DNA of 64,000 nucleotides from Eledone cirrhosa (Eukaryota): NCBI GenBank assembly GCA_964016885.1, contig OZ024741.1, positions 100,936,001 to 101,000,000 of the forward strand, read 5' to 3'. Shown piece by piece: positions 42,037 to 55,244 of this stretch (position 1 is its first letter; each line of letters starts with the position of its first letter). The notes under the pieces were generated by a model. It saw only the letters and a program-made list of their open reading frames with translations, ran no database searches and was not told where the DNA came from. The position numbers and the translations under genes were made by a program.

Positions 42037-43788
42037 TCATGTGTCATACTTGTTGAAATAATCTGGACAATTTGTGTTACATTTGTGGCAAAATAAACTT
42101 CACTGCATAAGAGAACAATGGCAAATATTGTTAGAAAGGCCTATCATCTTTATTGTGGATGCAAAGTGAGTGACCAAAACAAGAAAGAGCTGGGCCCCAC
42201 ACATGTGCTGCAAAACCTGTGCAACAAAGCTTTACCAATAGTTGCAAAGGAAAAGAAAATCTATGTCTTTTGCATGGCATGAACCAATTAATCATTTAAA
42301 TGATTGTTACATTGAATTGTGCAACCAGCTTAGAAAGAACTTAAAGGGGAAGAAAAAAGGAAACATTGATTATCCCTTGTGTCAGATGCCCAGTACTGTA
42401 CAGCGAGGAACTTCCTACACCTGTGCTTTCAGAAATAATTCCTGAATTAAATGCTGATGAATAGCACTTTGATGTCCAGTTTGAAGTTTCAACATCAAAT
42501 GATCCAGCCTTTGTTTTAAGGTATGCAACAAAATACCAGATTTGATAAGACAAAGTGAACTAAATGATCTCATCAGAAATTTAGAGCTGCCAAAACACAA
42601 AGCTGAATTGTTGGGCCCATGGAATTTGCTTGCTGATGATGTCAGAGTATGCTTATTTGGAAATATTGATCAAGATTTTCATCCATTTTTTACAAAGAAT
42701 GGTAACCGTGTAGGATGTATTGATGTCGATGACTTTATGCATTGACCATCATCCAGAAAAGTGGAGATTATTCATTGACTCATCAAAAGTTAGCCTTAAA
42801 GTAGTTTTATTGCACATAGGCAATAAGCTACTATCAATTGAGGTTGGACATGCTCTTTTACCTGTTCCAGCCATCCGGCTGAGGCCATGCTGGGGCAGCG
42901 CCCTTGTCATGTTGACACAAAGGAAACAGAACTTGAATTACAATAAATACAAATAACATATCTGTAGTGACTTAAAAGTGGTTGCTTTGTTGATGGTACT
43001 ACACAAAATACTGTTGATTTTTGTATGAACGGGACAGTCGTGAAAAAGATTGTCATTATACAAGGAAAGGTAGGTTACTAGAACATGTGGTAAAAAATGT
43101 TTAAAATCAGCCACTTGTTGATAGTGAGAACATTTTGCTGCCACCACTGCACATCAAACTTGAAATGAAATGAAAAATTTCATAAAAGCTCTTGATAAAA
43201 ACAGGACAGGCTTTTCAGTATCTTGGAAAGAAGTTTCCAAAACTAAGTGAAATGAAAATTAAAGAGGGTATGTTTGTCAGTCGAATTTGTGAAATCTTAA
43301 AGAACAATGAATTTGTCTTCATTCTTTTGGAAACAAAAAAGATAGCTTGGAACAATTTTCGACTAGTGTCACTACCAGGAACTTGTGCAAAATCTATTTC
43401 TTTCCTACCAGCAACTGGGCTGTAATATGTCCTTTAAAATCAACTTTCTTTCACACTTGGATTTATTCCCATCAAATTGTGGTGCTGTGAGTAATGAACA
43501 TGGAGAGAATTTTTACTAAGATATTGCAGCCATGGAAAAACAACATGAAGTTCAATATGTTAACAGATTACTGTTGGTTAGTTACAGGAGATGCACCAGA
43601 ACTTGATTACAAGAGGCAGGCTAAGAAATGTGTAATCAACACGAAGTGAGTGCCATTTTTATGTCATCATAAAATCTCAAATATCTACTAAAATAGACCT
43701 AAACCATTTTGTCATTCTCAAGTTCAGCACCCCCAAATACACAAGTAAAGTGATATTTGAGCTCCAAAACAAATTTTGTAGATCCATG
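42037..43788 (+). mobile_element. Decayed Chapaev3-like (CMC superfamily) DNA transposon
   Basis: CYICG, WAPH, QSELNDLIRNL, WRLFIDSSKVSLKVVLLHIGN, LPPLHIKL, KFPKLSEMKIKEG, GAVSNEHGE and DYCW motifs in order. Subfamily name is from recalled motifs. Confidence 0.78.
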
Positions 43789-43899
43789 TTATTACTACTT
43801 TCATTATCACTATCCCTCTTCCATCATTACCTATCTACCCATCTTCCAACTTGATGGCATTATGATGGAAGTCATCTTTCCAGATTTTTTTCTTCTGAC

Positions 43900-44236
43900 T
43901 ATGGAGGCACATGGCTTAGTGGTTAGAGCATTGGCCTTGCAATCGAAAGGTTGTGAGTTCAATTCTCAGACCGGGTGATGTGTTGTTTCCTTGAGCAAGA
44001 CACTTTATTTCACATTGCTCCAGTTTACTCAGCTGTAGAAATGAGATGATAGGACTGGGGTCCGTATCATTCCACTGCAAAGTGGTCGTGGAGGTGCCAC
44101 GGAAAAAAAGCACCCAGCACTCACTGTAAATGAGGTTGGTGTTAGGAAGGGCATCCAGCTGTAGAAATCAAGCCAGAATCAGTTCCCATCCCACCCTTGC
44201 AAGCAGGGAAAAGCAGACGTAAAATGATGATGATGA
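43900..44236 (+). mobile_element. Young tRNA-derived SINE, full length
   Basis: A box TGGCTTAGTGG, B box GTTCAATTC, (ATG)n tail; near-identical inverted copy at 21274-21610. Confidence 0.88.
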
Positions 44237-45431
44237 TATCATCCTCCACTGTTAACCATAGCTCCTTCTCTCTGTCCTGTCACCTATGCTGTTGACCATC
44301 ATTCTCTCTCCTCCATATGGATCTTGGTTGACATCTACCACTCTCACTGTCTCTCATCTTTGTTGCTACCCATCCCTTGTTACACTTCTGTTATTCAACT
44401 TCTTACCAACAACCAGAATGTAGCCTTCACTTACTCTCTATTCCATGACTCCTTTCCATATCATCCTATCACTCTGTCTCCTGCACCACACACATATTCA
44501 TGTCTCTATCCTCCTAAGCCACCATGCTCTTCTATTTTTAGTTTGCAATCATGTTTGTCTTGGAACAAGGTGACCTCTTTAGTGTTGATGCCATATAAAA
44601 TACCCTCGGCATATTCCGTAATGTGGTTGGTACGTGAATGGTAACTACTTAAAGTAGACTTTTCAATCATGTTAAGGATAAAACAACCACTTTAGTATTG
44701 GTTCCTTGATGAAATGTATCCAGTACACTCTGTAAATGGTTGGCATTAGGAAGGGCATCCAGTTAAAGCAACCATGCCTAAAATGAAATGTATTGACTTC
44801 TCAGCCCTTCTAGGAGGATTGACTCCGATTAAGTACTAACATTGACTGTAATGATCTGTCAAACCCTTGCGAGCATAGAAAAATGGCTGTAATATGATGA
44901 TAATGAAAAGTAAACTCTAGAAAAAAAAGCAATATTATAAATGTGATTTTTTAAAGTCAATTTTTCATTTTATTTATTTTTTGTTTTACATTTTACGACG
45001 CAAAGATAAAATGGTAAAAATAAAAATAAATAAAAACATTTAATTAAAATACATATCCTTGTAATTAAAAACATAAACCAGAATTATGAAAGCATCTTTA
45101 TGTACATGTATTTATTTACAGTTGACACTCTATCATGAAATATCACCTGAACATGATATCGAGTGTGATACATACAGGTTGTTTATTAACTATAAATGAT
45201 TGTTAAACATCAGTGGTTTGAGGAAAAAAAAAACATGAAGTTGTATAAAACAAAAACAGCTGTCTGATTGTAAAGAATTAGGTAAAACATATATACACAG
45301 TATCTCTCTCGTTTAAGTACATAAAGTAAAAGGATCTCCATTGGCTTTGAAAAAGAATATTCCAATTGATTAATGAATTGAACTATCTAGTGGTTGAGTA
45401 TTCTACAGACACTTGTATCCTAAATGTAATC

Positions 45432-45637
45432 TTAAACCTTTAGCATTTAAACGAGCTGTATCTGGCCAGAATTCTCTCACCTCTTTCTGTTCAAACTGGC
45501 CGTTCATACTGATGTTAAGGTATTGCTCTCAAAATAAATAATATCAAAATCCCATAGATTCAATATTATGTGAGATAAAGCCTTTACCGTGAAAATATAA
45601 TAGTAAATATAGAGTAATGTAAATGCTAAAGGGTTAA
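45432..45637. mobile_element. piggyBac-type MITE family B
   Basis: TTAA-acctttagcattta ... taaatgctaaaggg-TTAA; related copies near 21727-21930 and 50437. Confidence 0.78.
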
Positions 45638-48344
45638 ATTACAGTTACTGTCCATCTGACAGACTTCCACACAGTTTCTGTCTAACCACTTTCACTCACA
45701 AGACATGGGTTGATTCAAGGCTATGCTAAAAGATACTTGCCCCAAAAGCCACTGGGTGGGATTGAACCCAGGATGGGATGATCACGAATCAAACTTTTTA
45801 GCTATTTAATCATACCTGCAACCAAACATGCACACATACGTGTGTGTATGTGTGTGTCCTTGATTGGTTCTGAGGATAAGTGTTCTAGTTGTTCGAACAA
45901 TGGAACAACCTGGACATGAAATTAACATGCAAGTGGCAGAGCATTCCACAAACATATACTCCTAATGTAATTCTCAGGGAGATTTAGTGTGACATAATTT
46001 GTGACAAGGCTGGCCTTTTGAATTATAGGTACAACTCATTGGAGCAATGTGAAATAAAGTGTCTTTTTCAAGATACAATGCACTGCAGGGGTTTGTATGC
46101 ATAATTTTATGATAAGCCAAACACCCTAACCACTAAGCCTTACACCTTCATGTATGTATGTATGTGTGTACATGTATACAGAGAAGGTAACATACAATTC
46201 CATTGTTTTTACTCTCACATTACATGATTCTATTTTATACCTATTGGTTATTAGGTAATGATTTCTAACAGTCATTAAAACCACACATTTTGGAGAGAGT
46301 ATGATTAATCTAAGTAACCTTACTATATAGTTGGTATATATTTTTATTGATCTCAGGAGGATGAAAAGCGAGGTTGATTGTAATTGGATTTGAATTCAGA
46401 ACACAAAGGGACACAACTAAATACTGCAATAATTTGGTCCGTTGCTCTACTGATTTTGCTGTGTGAGGGGTAGGGAGTTGGATTTGATATCATGAGGTTG
46501 TGTGTTTGATTCCAAAACTGGGCAATGTATTATGTCTTTGAGGAAGACAATTTGTTTCACATTGCTCTTTCTGCCAGGAGTTGCAACCGGTAGATAGTAT
46601 CAACAATGGAAACATTATTTCTTTGATCCAATTTGGCAAGTTCCACCCCGGTTAGCAAATAAGGTCTGAGATCTTGTCAATCAATCGAACTACCCTTTTG
46701 ACTATCATTTTCAGCTATGATTTGACACTCCACCACTGAGTTGTTATAACTCTGTTCTTATTAGTGAGGAATATGTATCAGTGATGAGACATCATAAACT
46801 CAGGACTTTTCAACTGCAAGCTGATAGCTAACCATCACAGTGTATTGTGAAAAAGGTTCTATAATACTTTTTTTTTCTTTTATATATTTCTTGATATGTA
46901 TATTCATCATTAGGGTGACATGTTTCATATCTTTTATGTAGGTATTAATTAGAACCACCAAATCACTGAAATCTCCATATTTGGATTCAGTTGTGCCTCA
47001 TTCCTGAGCAATAATTCTTCTCAAAGCTTCTCTTCACTATATGGTAAGATTTTCTAGACATATATTTGGATAGGATAAAACAAAAGAGTTAAGACATTGC
47101 AAGTTTGTGGTGCCAACACTCTTTCTATCAATTATTTTCATACATTTTTATCTAGATAGTTCACTTGTCCATCAGAAATATATTTTCCCCATAAGAAAAA
47201 TTAAACTTGATACTATACTTTCAGCATTTTATGGTACTTAGTTTGAGTTAGGTGGACCCAGCTGCTAAGAACTGTCTTAACCATAGAAGTATGGTAACCG
47301 AATAGCTTATTTCTGTTTGTACAATACCCCCTTCCCTCATCCATCTGTATTTTCTGTCTTTATATATATATTAGCAGAAAATGCACATAGTTACATAAGA
47401 CAGACAGCTGCCTCTTTACCTCATCAGACACTTGGAGGCATGCAATTTTATGCATTAAGGTGGTATTGCACTTGTAATATATATATATATATATCACGTT
47501 TCTAATATATCTGTATTTGCAGAAAATGTATTATGTAAGTGAACTGATGTGATGCATATATGTGCATGTTTATCTTATCTTTGAAGATGCCATTATATAT
47601 GATATAAATGTTGCTATTCATGTTTTTGCCAATTTTCTTTTTTTTTTTAGGCATAAGTTTTATCATTGCTTTTAAATGTAATTCATGGAATTATAATGTT
47701 TTGAAATTAACTTCACTTTTAAGTTGATTTCTGATAGTGTTGCTAGTTTTGCATGGTAATTTCATCAATAAACCTTTATAAACTAATAGCAAACAGGCAA
47801 CAGTCTTGACAATATGTCACATTTTAACAGAAATTGAAGAAGTATAAATACAACACATAAGATTTATAAGAACTTCCAACTGAAGTACATTTCTTATTGT
47901 TTCATAGCCATGGCCAGAAAATTTTCTATACAGCACTGAAAAAAGTTGGAAATTTCTGGTTGATATTTAATGTCCCCTATTTGGTCAGTTATCAATTTGT
48001 TTCAGTTTATATTTTGTAAATGTAGGGAAAATTATTATCAATGTTTGTCAATCAAGATTAGTATTTTCAATGTTCCAATCAATTCAGTGTTCACCATAGC
48101 ATATCACCAAAAGCTCATAGTTTGTATCATTTACAACAAACTTATAGTTTTTGAGCAGATATTATAGTTGTCATTATAGTGAATATTCTGGAGTACTTAA
48201 CACTTGTGTGTTTTGAATTTTGAATAATCAAAATTCTGAATCATGCAAAGTTAGCTTTGTTAGTAGGTATTTAATATATTTTTCTTGTTGCATTCTTGTG
48301 TTGAAAAGCTTATGGAAAAGTAAGTGTACAAAGCAGAATTATGA

Positions 48345-49181
48345 TTATTCTTGTTTTAGTCTAAATATTGAGTTGATGATCATGCGTCGTGCCCGCCGTA
48401 ACATCTTTCGCAACTTTGTGATTTTGTTTCGACAGTGGTTTGTTTTATGGCAGTTTGAAAAGCACCGAAGTTGTTTAAGAATACCAACAACATCAGAAGA
48501 ACAACCATGGGGTTCATTATTATGGTTGCAAGAGATAGAAAATTTAGATTCATTATCTTTAAAGTCATCAGCTACTTGACGGTAAGCAGAAATAGCTAGC
48601 TTGTATAAATAATTCCCAACATGAAGATAGTCCTGGATAACTGTCATAAATGTAGTATATTCACTATGGTTGATGTAGGAGTTTTTATTTTTATCAACTA
48701 ACTCAAAAGTACATATGGCTCTTTTAAGAAACTGAATGAATTCAAACAGGCGCTCTTCAGCCCATTGCAAACGAACTTCTTGTCGACCATGATGATAAAA
48801 GGCTTCAGTTTCAATCTTTTTAATCAAACGTTCTCCAAGAGAAGCAATCACACAACCGACAATAGTTTTCAGAGAAACATCATTAGTGACCACTGGTGTA
48901 GGTAGGATTTGAAACCAGTTATTAGGGGTAGGTTTTAATTTTCCAGGAAAGAAATTATTCACATTTCCCTCAACCATTCTTGAATAATGGTTGTCGGGGT
49001 CCGCTTTTGGCTGAGCTTTGTTTGAGACAAGAGACGTAAGTATTGAGGTCAATAGACCTGAAGTTTTCTTTGCAGTTTCTTCTACAGTTTTACCTGGATC
49101 TTTAGCACGTTCATGTGGGTTATATGCCTCACATCTGAGTAAACCAAGCAGGTAAAATAGAAGTATTATTCCAATATTCAT
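48345..49181 (-). CDS. Predicted secreted 278-aa protein of unknown family with one EF-hand-like loop, a Cys cluster and a basic C-terminal helix
   Basis: 837-nt ORF in AT-rich DNA; hydrophobic N-terminus MNIGIILLFYLLGLLRCEA; splice acceptor (ctttttcag) 7 nt before the ATG; TFELV-DKNKNSYINHSE fits an EF-hand loop. Confidence 0.82.
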   Translation of the reverse strand: MNIGIILLFYLLGLLRCEAYNPHERAKDPGKTVEETAKKTSGLLTSILTSLVSNKAQPKADPDNHYSRMVEGNVNNFFPGKLKPTPNNWFQILPTPVVTNDVSLKTIVGCVIASLGERLIKKIETEAFYHHGRQEVRLQWAEERLFEFIQFLKRAICTFELVDKNKNSYINHSEYTTFMTVIQDYLHVGNYLYKLAISAYRQVADDFKDNESKFSISCNHNNEPHGCSSDVVGILKQLRCFSNCHKTNHCRNKITKLRKMLRRARRMIINSIFRLKQE

Positions 49182-51381
49182 ATTGATTCTGAAAAAGAGG
49201 AAAAAAAAATTAGTCTTAATTAAAACACAAATGACTAGCTATGAGCTTGCCATGTTTGCTGATAAGATGGTGATTATGAGGATGAGGGCAATGATGTCAA
49301 TGCTAATGATAATGGTGATGTCATCATTATATATTTCTTAATCAATGTTTACAACTCCCAACATTAGAAGACAAATGCTCCAGCTTCAATTGATATATAT
49401 TTCCCTGTAAACAATTTGAGGAAAATATCAACTTTTGCAGAAGTCATTATTGATAGTTGTAATGTGAAACCACATGTCAGTCATGGGTAGAGTGGGTGAG
49501 GGGTAACTCTGGCGTAGAAATGGTTTGCAGCAGATTGTGAGAGAAACCAGGGATAGATCAATACAAGCACTAAACAAACTGCTTTCTGACTGTTATTTAA
49601 GAAAAGAAAAAGAAATATTCCCAAACAACCAAATATTTAATTTCTGTAATTGATTTAATTAACTCCAAAAGTTGTAGATACAACAATTACTAACTTTATG
49701 ATGACAGTGTCATTCCAAAATATTTCAGTCAAGGTCATTCAGGGGTGATGATCTGACTCGATATCTCAGCTCCACATGGCCCAATATGGCCAGAGATAGG
49801 AAGTGGTGGAGGCCAACCAGGGAGGGGTACCTTCAACAGGAGTGAGAAGGCCCTGAATTTTGGATAACTTTCGGAGGAGTAACAAAGGGGAAATTGTATT
49901 AGGGCACATATATGAGAGGATGTAACATTTTTTTAGGCATATCATACCTGTTAATTAAGGTAGGGGTGGATTGGCAGTATCAGTAGAGCGTTAGACATGC
50001 TTTATGGCCCTTTATGTTCTAAGTTCAAATCCTGCCGACGTTAAGCCTTGCCTTTCATCCTTTCGGGGTCGGTAAAATAAAATACCAGTAACGCACAGGG
50101 GTGTTATTAATTGATTTTCCCCTTCTCTTCAAATTGCTGGCATTGTGCCAAAAGTAGAAACAATTAAGGTAGGGGTGCTAAAGGTGTCTTATTCCCTGGG
50201 TGTTGAAAACCCTTCTTATGGACGAACAACGTGAAACCAATAATGTTGGTCCTTTTAGTTACATTTGAAACATCAAAGAATTTTCCTCACAATATTATAG
50301 AAAATACGCAGAGATAGTTTCCTGAAAGAGAAATTAGCAGGGGACAATGCTGGCTCCTCACTGTTGTTTCTCTCAAAAACCCAGGCATGTGGAGGAGAGG
50401 AATGTAGCTAAATACTGGGATTTGAGTGAAATAACATTAACTCTTTAGCATTTAAACCGGCCATACCCAACCAGAATTCTCTCAACTCTTTCTGTTCAAA
50501 CCAGTTGTAACTGAAGTAACTCTTATTTCTTGCCAGTTTTAGCTTCATCTGTTTTCATCACTATACTTTACATAAAATAAACCCAGAACACAATAATCAA
50601 TTGTTTTACGAAAGCCTTAATAACTGAATAGATGTATTTTAATTGTTATATTACCGTCAGTAGAGGGGGATACGCAACGATTGAAGTTTAACAATCACTT
50701 AGATGTCTTTAGGTTTAAGGAGTTATCCCCCCTGATCAATTTTATTCAGTTATATAAATCACATTACAAATTGTTTATAATTCTTACAGAATGAAAATAT
50801 AAACACTATATGAATCACTGAGTTAACCTTATTTAAAAAGAAACATTTCTCATTTATAAGCATTCGTGTTTGGTATATCAGTTGTGATATTGTCGTCCAT
50901 TCTTCTATAACGGATGCTTAAAAAAAGAAGAAAAAAAAAAACGAAACAAATAGCTCAACACAGTTTGAGAACATTCAACAGATCTTTATTTACATAAAAT
51001 ACTTTACTTCAAATATCCTCAATTGTTATTATTCTCAAAAGTACTGCGGTACGTAGATTAGTACCAATTTATGAATATTTTTTATACACGAAAAATAATA
51101 GATCGTTTTATTTTATGATTGGAAATGAATGATAAATTTTGATTGCAGGAAATAAATGATAAATGTAAAGTAAATTTTTTGAATGATATAATTACTTGAA
51201 TGATATAGTTACTAAGATCAAGTCACTTGTAAATGAATAGTTGTTCCTTTCTAATATTGGCACAATGCCAGCAATTTATTAATTATTATTATTTTTTTTG
51301 GGGGGGGGGGGGGAGTACTTTATTCTATTGACCCCTAGGAAGGATAAAATGCAGAGTTGATTGTGGCAAGATTTGAATTCA

Positions 51382-51790
51382 TTCGAGATTCGTTTGGGGG
51401 AGTCGGGCCGCTGATTGCAAGTTCCTCTCTTCACTGGCAGCTCGCCTAATAGAGGTAACTGGCGAATATCGCGAGGGCACTTAGTTGTTCCAGCGCATCA
51501 GATAGGCCATCATCCGAGGAAACGCTGCGAGTGTGCTGGCTTGCCTCAAAATTCATTAGAGAGGTTGCCCAATACTCCTCGCGACGCTGCTGTCTTTTGC
51601 ACTTATTGCAACATTAAAGGAATATATCCTTCTGAAAGAACCGCGAGCAATTAATAGTATTATTTAAGCTTTTTGTAATGTTATTTATGTATATATTTAA
51701 AACATATTTGTTGTTATTCTACTGTAAATTTGTATATATCATATGTGTTTATATTTTCACTCCCATTTGTAACGTTATTTAATATAAAAC
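51382..51790 (+). mobile_element. 3' end of an RLE-type non-LTR retrotransposon (CRE-like), nested in a SINE
   Basis: FLSSLAARLIEVTGEYREG.LFQRI..AIIRGNAASVLA matches the QRISxAIQRGNA C-terminal motif; SINE halves at about 51250-51381 and 51805-51858. Confidence 0.7.
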
Positions 51791-54101
51791 ATTTGTAATG
51801 AAAGTCTATAAATACTGTAAAGCATTTTGTCCGACGTTCTACCGATGCTGCCAATTTATGTGGGCCATTTTAAGTATAAACCATTATTAACATTCATGTT
51901 TATTTCTTGATCAAAGACGACGATTTTTAAACAATAAAGATATACGTCTAAAGTTTTTTTGTTTTATTTTTTTGACAAGTTTATTTTTTCACGAACATTA
52001 TTTTCTTATTTTTACATACCCCCACCCTCAAATACCTACTCTGGATCATTTTATCGTTAAATGGTAATACATCTAAATTTTTCTTTTCTTTCTTTTTGAC
52101 AAGTTTATTTTTCGCGAACATCTTTTTCTAAATTTTGAAAATTTTTTCTCCTCAAATACATACTATAGATTATTTTCTCATTGAAAGAATAAAATGTGCT
52201 TGTTGTTATGGTACACTAAGTTTGGTTAAAGTATGAAAATGATATAAATTTTCATAATGATCTCACTTAAATGGCCTACTCTGTATTGTCCCCACCCCAC
52301 AAACAAATCTATCTATTATTTTTGGATGAAGATGCATTAATAGATTGAGAATAATTGTAATAGGAAATATTATAAACATATATTAAAATATTTTATGTTA
52401 AACGAGGAAGAATTCTTAAATGTTTTCAAACGTTGTACAACTTTGTTCATTATTGGATAACGCCATTTGTGGAGCACAGTTTTAGAAAAAAACGAACAAA
52501 TTGATTTACTAAACATTAATTGTTTATGAGAAATGTTAGCTTTTTAACTCTTGTATTATTTCGGCGATTTATTTTGAGATTTTTCACTGTTAATATTTCT
52601 CATTATGCGATTTACATTTTTTTTATATTAAGGGAAATAACTCATCCTAAAACTTAAAAAAAGAAACAAAGAAATTGTTAACAAAAATAGCTACCCCTTC
52701 TAACTGTAAAGCTTTCGTTACCATATTTACCAATGATATTCAAATAAATAAAAAAAATCATGTATTTGATTATATATCTAATGTTCTTATTATAAAGCTG
52801 CCATTTAGAACATAAATCCTCTTATATAATTTTTTTTTCTAATTTAGACACAGGCCAGCTATTGGAGTGAGGTGGACGTTGATTGGGGTGAGATGGACGT
52901 CGATTATGTACTTTACTTTTACTATATTTGATTGACTCCAGCAGGATGAAAAACAAAGTTGACCTCGGTGGGATTTGAACTCAGAACATAAAGATCCATA
53001 ACTAAATACCGCAATACAAACACTTTTATATTGTAAAGCCAGGATTGTTTTTTCGGTGGTTTTACTATCAAAAGGTTCGATCGTAATGTAACTTCTCTAC
53101 GAGAGCAGCAGAACTATTAAAATACTATTCGGTAATTAAGGATTTCGTAAAACTTAGTTATTCTGTTGTAATAAATTTGTATTCTGCGAGAAAAGGAGAC
53201 CCCCTCCTCTCTCTCTTCTATTAACACCTGATACACTTAGGGGGTTAATTTACTCCCATACCCCAGGTAGACTATACCTGTATGTATGTATGGTCTCGCA
53301 ACTCCTGATAGAGTCGTAGGGGCGCCGTATTGACAACGGCGTTTCTTGGGCATTTTTAAAGCCTGGTGGAGCCCCCCACCCCGGGTCTGTGTACAGCAGA
53401 TTTCTTCCAGAGAAAGCTAGAACGTAAGAGAGAGGAAATGAGGAAGAATCGACCCCAGTACTAAACTGGTACTTTTTTTATTGACCTCGAAAGGATGAAA
53501 GGCAAAGTTGACTTCGCTGGGATTTGAACTCAGAGAGCAGAGAGCCTGAATGAATACCATAAAGCATTCTATCCGACGTCCTAACGACTCTGCCAATTCG
53601 CAGCCTAAGGTTATACCTATAAGAGCGTAAAAAGATGTAACTGAAATACGTTAAGTATAGATTGATATTTTACAGTTCCAATGATTTCTAACACATCAAG
53701 ACTTGATTTGCATTTATTTCGGCGACATTGAGTTTAGCACTCCGTTTCTACTTTCATAAAGCTGGAGCTAAAATCAGAATGAAAAGTGACACGCTCAACT
53801 CTAAGATCACATTTTTTAAAATGAACTCTTGAAGGATGAAAGGCAAACTTGTTCTTTGCGAGATTTGAACTCAGAACATCTGAGTAAATACAACGAGATA
53901 TTTCGTCCATCACGCTACTGATTTTGCTATTAATTGGAAATTAATGTATAGAATTTTGGCGACTTACACACACACACATATCCACTTCCCTAAAATGGCT
54001 GACTAAACACACGCGCTTTTCTTTCCCAAAATTGTTTATTCAATTTCTTCCGCTTTTTACTCTCGACTATCTTTCTGTTTCTTCTTTTATCTCTGTTTCT
54101 A

Positions 54102-54140
54102 TATTCTGACGAAGGAGTAACATCCGAAACGTTTAGATTC
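54102..54140 (+). ncRNA. Penelope-type minimal hammerhead-like motif
   Basis: tCTGACGA a gga gtaaca tcc GAAAC gttt aga; core boxes and stem II present, stem III reduced. Confidence 0.45.
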
Positions 54141-55244
54141 TTTTCTTTCTATATCAAGTGTTAAACTAATATATATCTTCATTGTAGTGTATCGTTTCCT
54201 CGTGCTGTTTATTCGTCTGCTTTTCGCGCGTGCTCACACACATACCCACATATGGCAGAATTGATGTATTTTTCCGCTGTTAATAGTATGGAGTTGCATA
54301 ACTACTATCGATTAGTCTGCACAGCGATATTTATTATTTTTGCTTTCCGAAACGATCGTAAAACAATAGATTAACTATTACACGTTTTTTATTTTGTTTC
54401 ATTAATCAACATTATACATCTGACTCTAGGTTTTGAACATTTAGCTTTGTTTCGATGGGATATTCACATCAAAAGTCCATCGAGTTCTTTACCTCTCTTT
54501 CATCCTTAGCCTTCCAAAAATGGCAACGCATTACTTGAGAAAGTTACGAGAGACCGCTAACAGTGTCTTTAATGTTAGAAAGGATAGGAGACTCTATCGA
54601 CGAAATTGTTAATGTCCAGAGAGTTTGGAAGAACCACTTACACTCCAAGAAATATGCTAATATTTGACTGAACCGAACGGATTGTTCGACCGAGCGAGGT
54701 TTAGCAACGAATTGATACCGTCGATATTTATTTGTTCTGGGTCACTGCACTTCGAGTTCAAACTCTGCCGAGATAAACTTTTGTCTTTCATCCATCCGAG
54801 ATCAATAAATAAAGTATCAATCCAGGGTCGGTGGATTGGCGGAATTCGTAGAGTCGAAAAGGATGCTTTACAGCATTTGATCCAACTCTATTCGTTCCTA
54901 GCTCAAATCCTGCTTCTTTCTGACACACCATCAACGGAAACATAGCTTCTTTGATTCGATCAGTCGATTGGTTACTTTTTTTTTTTAAATTAGCTATTTA
55001 AAAAAGTCGTATGCCTTTGTGTAGACTGAGGGTCACCACTGACTGAGAAAATTACGAGTTGTAGGTTGGTGTTCCAATGCCAAGAGTAACGCTATATCTG
55101 AGTTCTGGTAAATAAGGTGCACATGATATTATGACGTAGTGTTTCTGCACTCTCATATTCCTTCTCCACCATACTTTACTATTTGCAATTGTCACGTGAC
55201 CACTGCTATAAACGTCATGGATGCCTTAATATAATTCTTGTGTA

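Noticed and set aside
43900-43975. tRNA gene
   Set aside because: A and B boxes are present but run into a SINE body and tail; no clean cloverleaf or terminator.
48220-48579. 119-aa plus-strand ORF
   Set aside because: Antisense shadow of the 278-aa gene with a non-ATG start and no recognisable motif.
55191-55215. GTCACGTGAC E-box plus CTATAAA as a promoter
   Set aside because: No downstream exon or ORF identifiable; it runs directly into a MITE.
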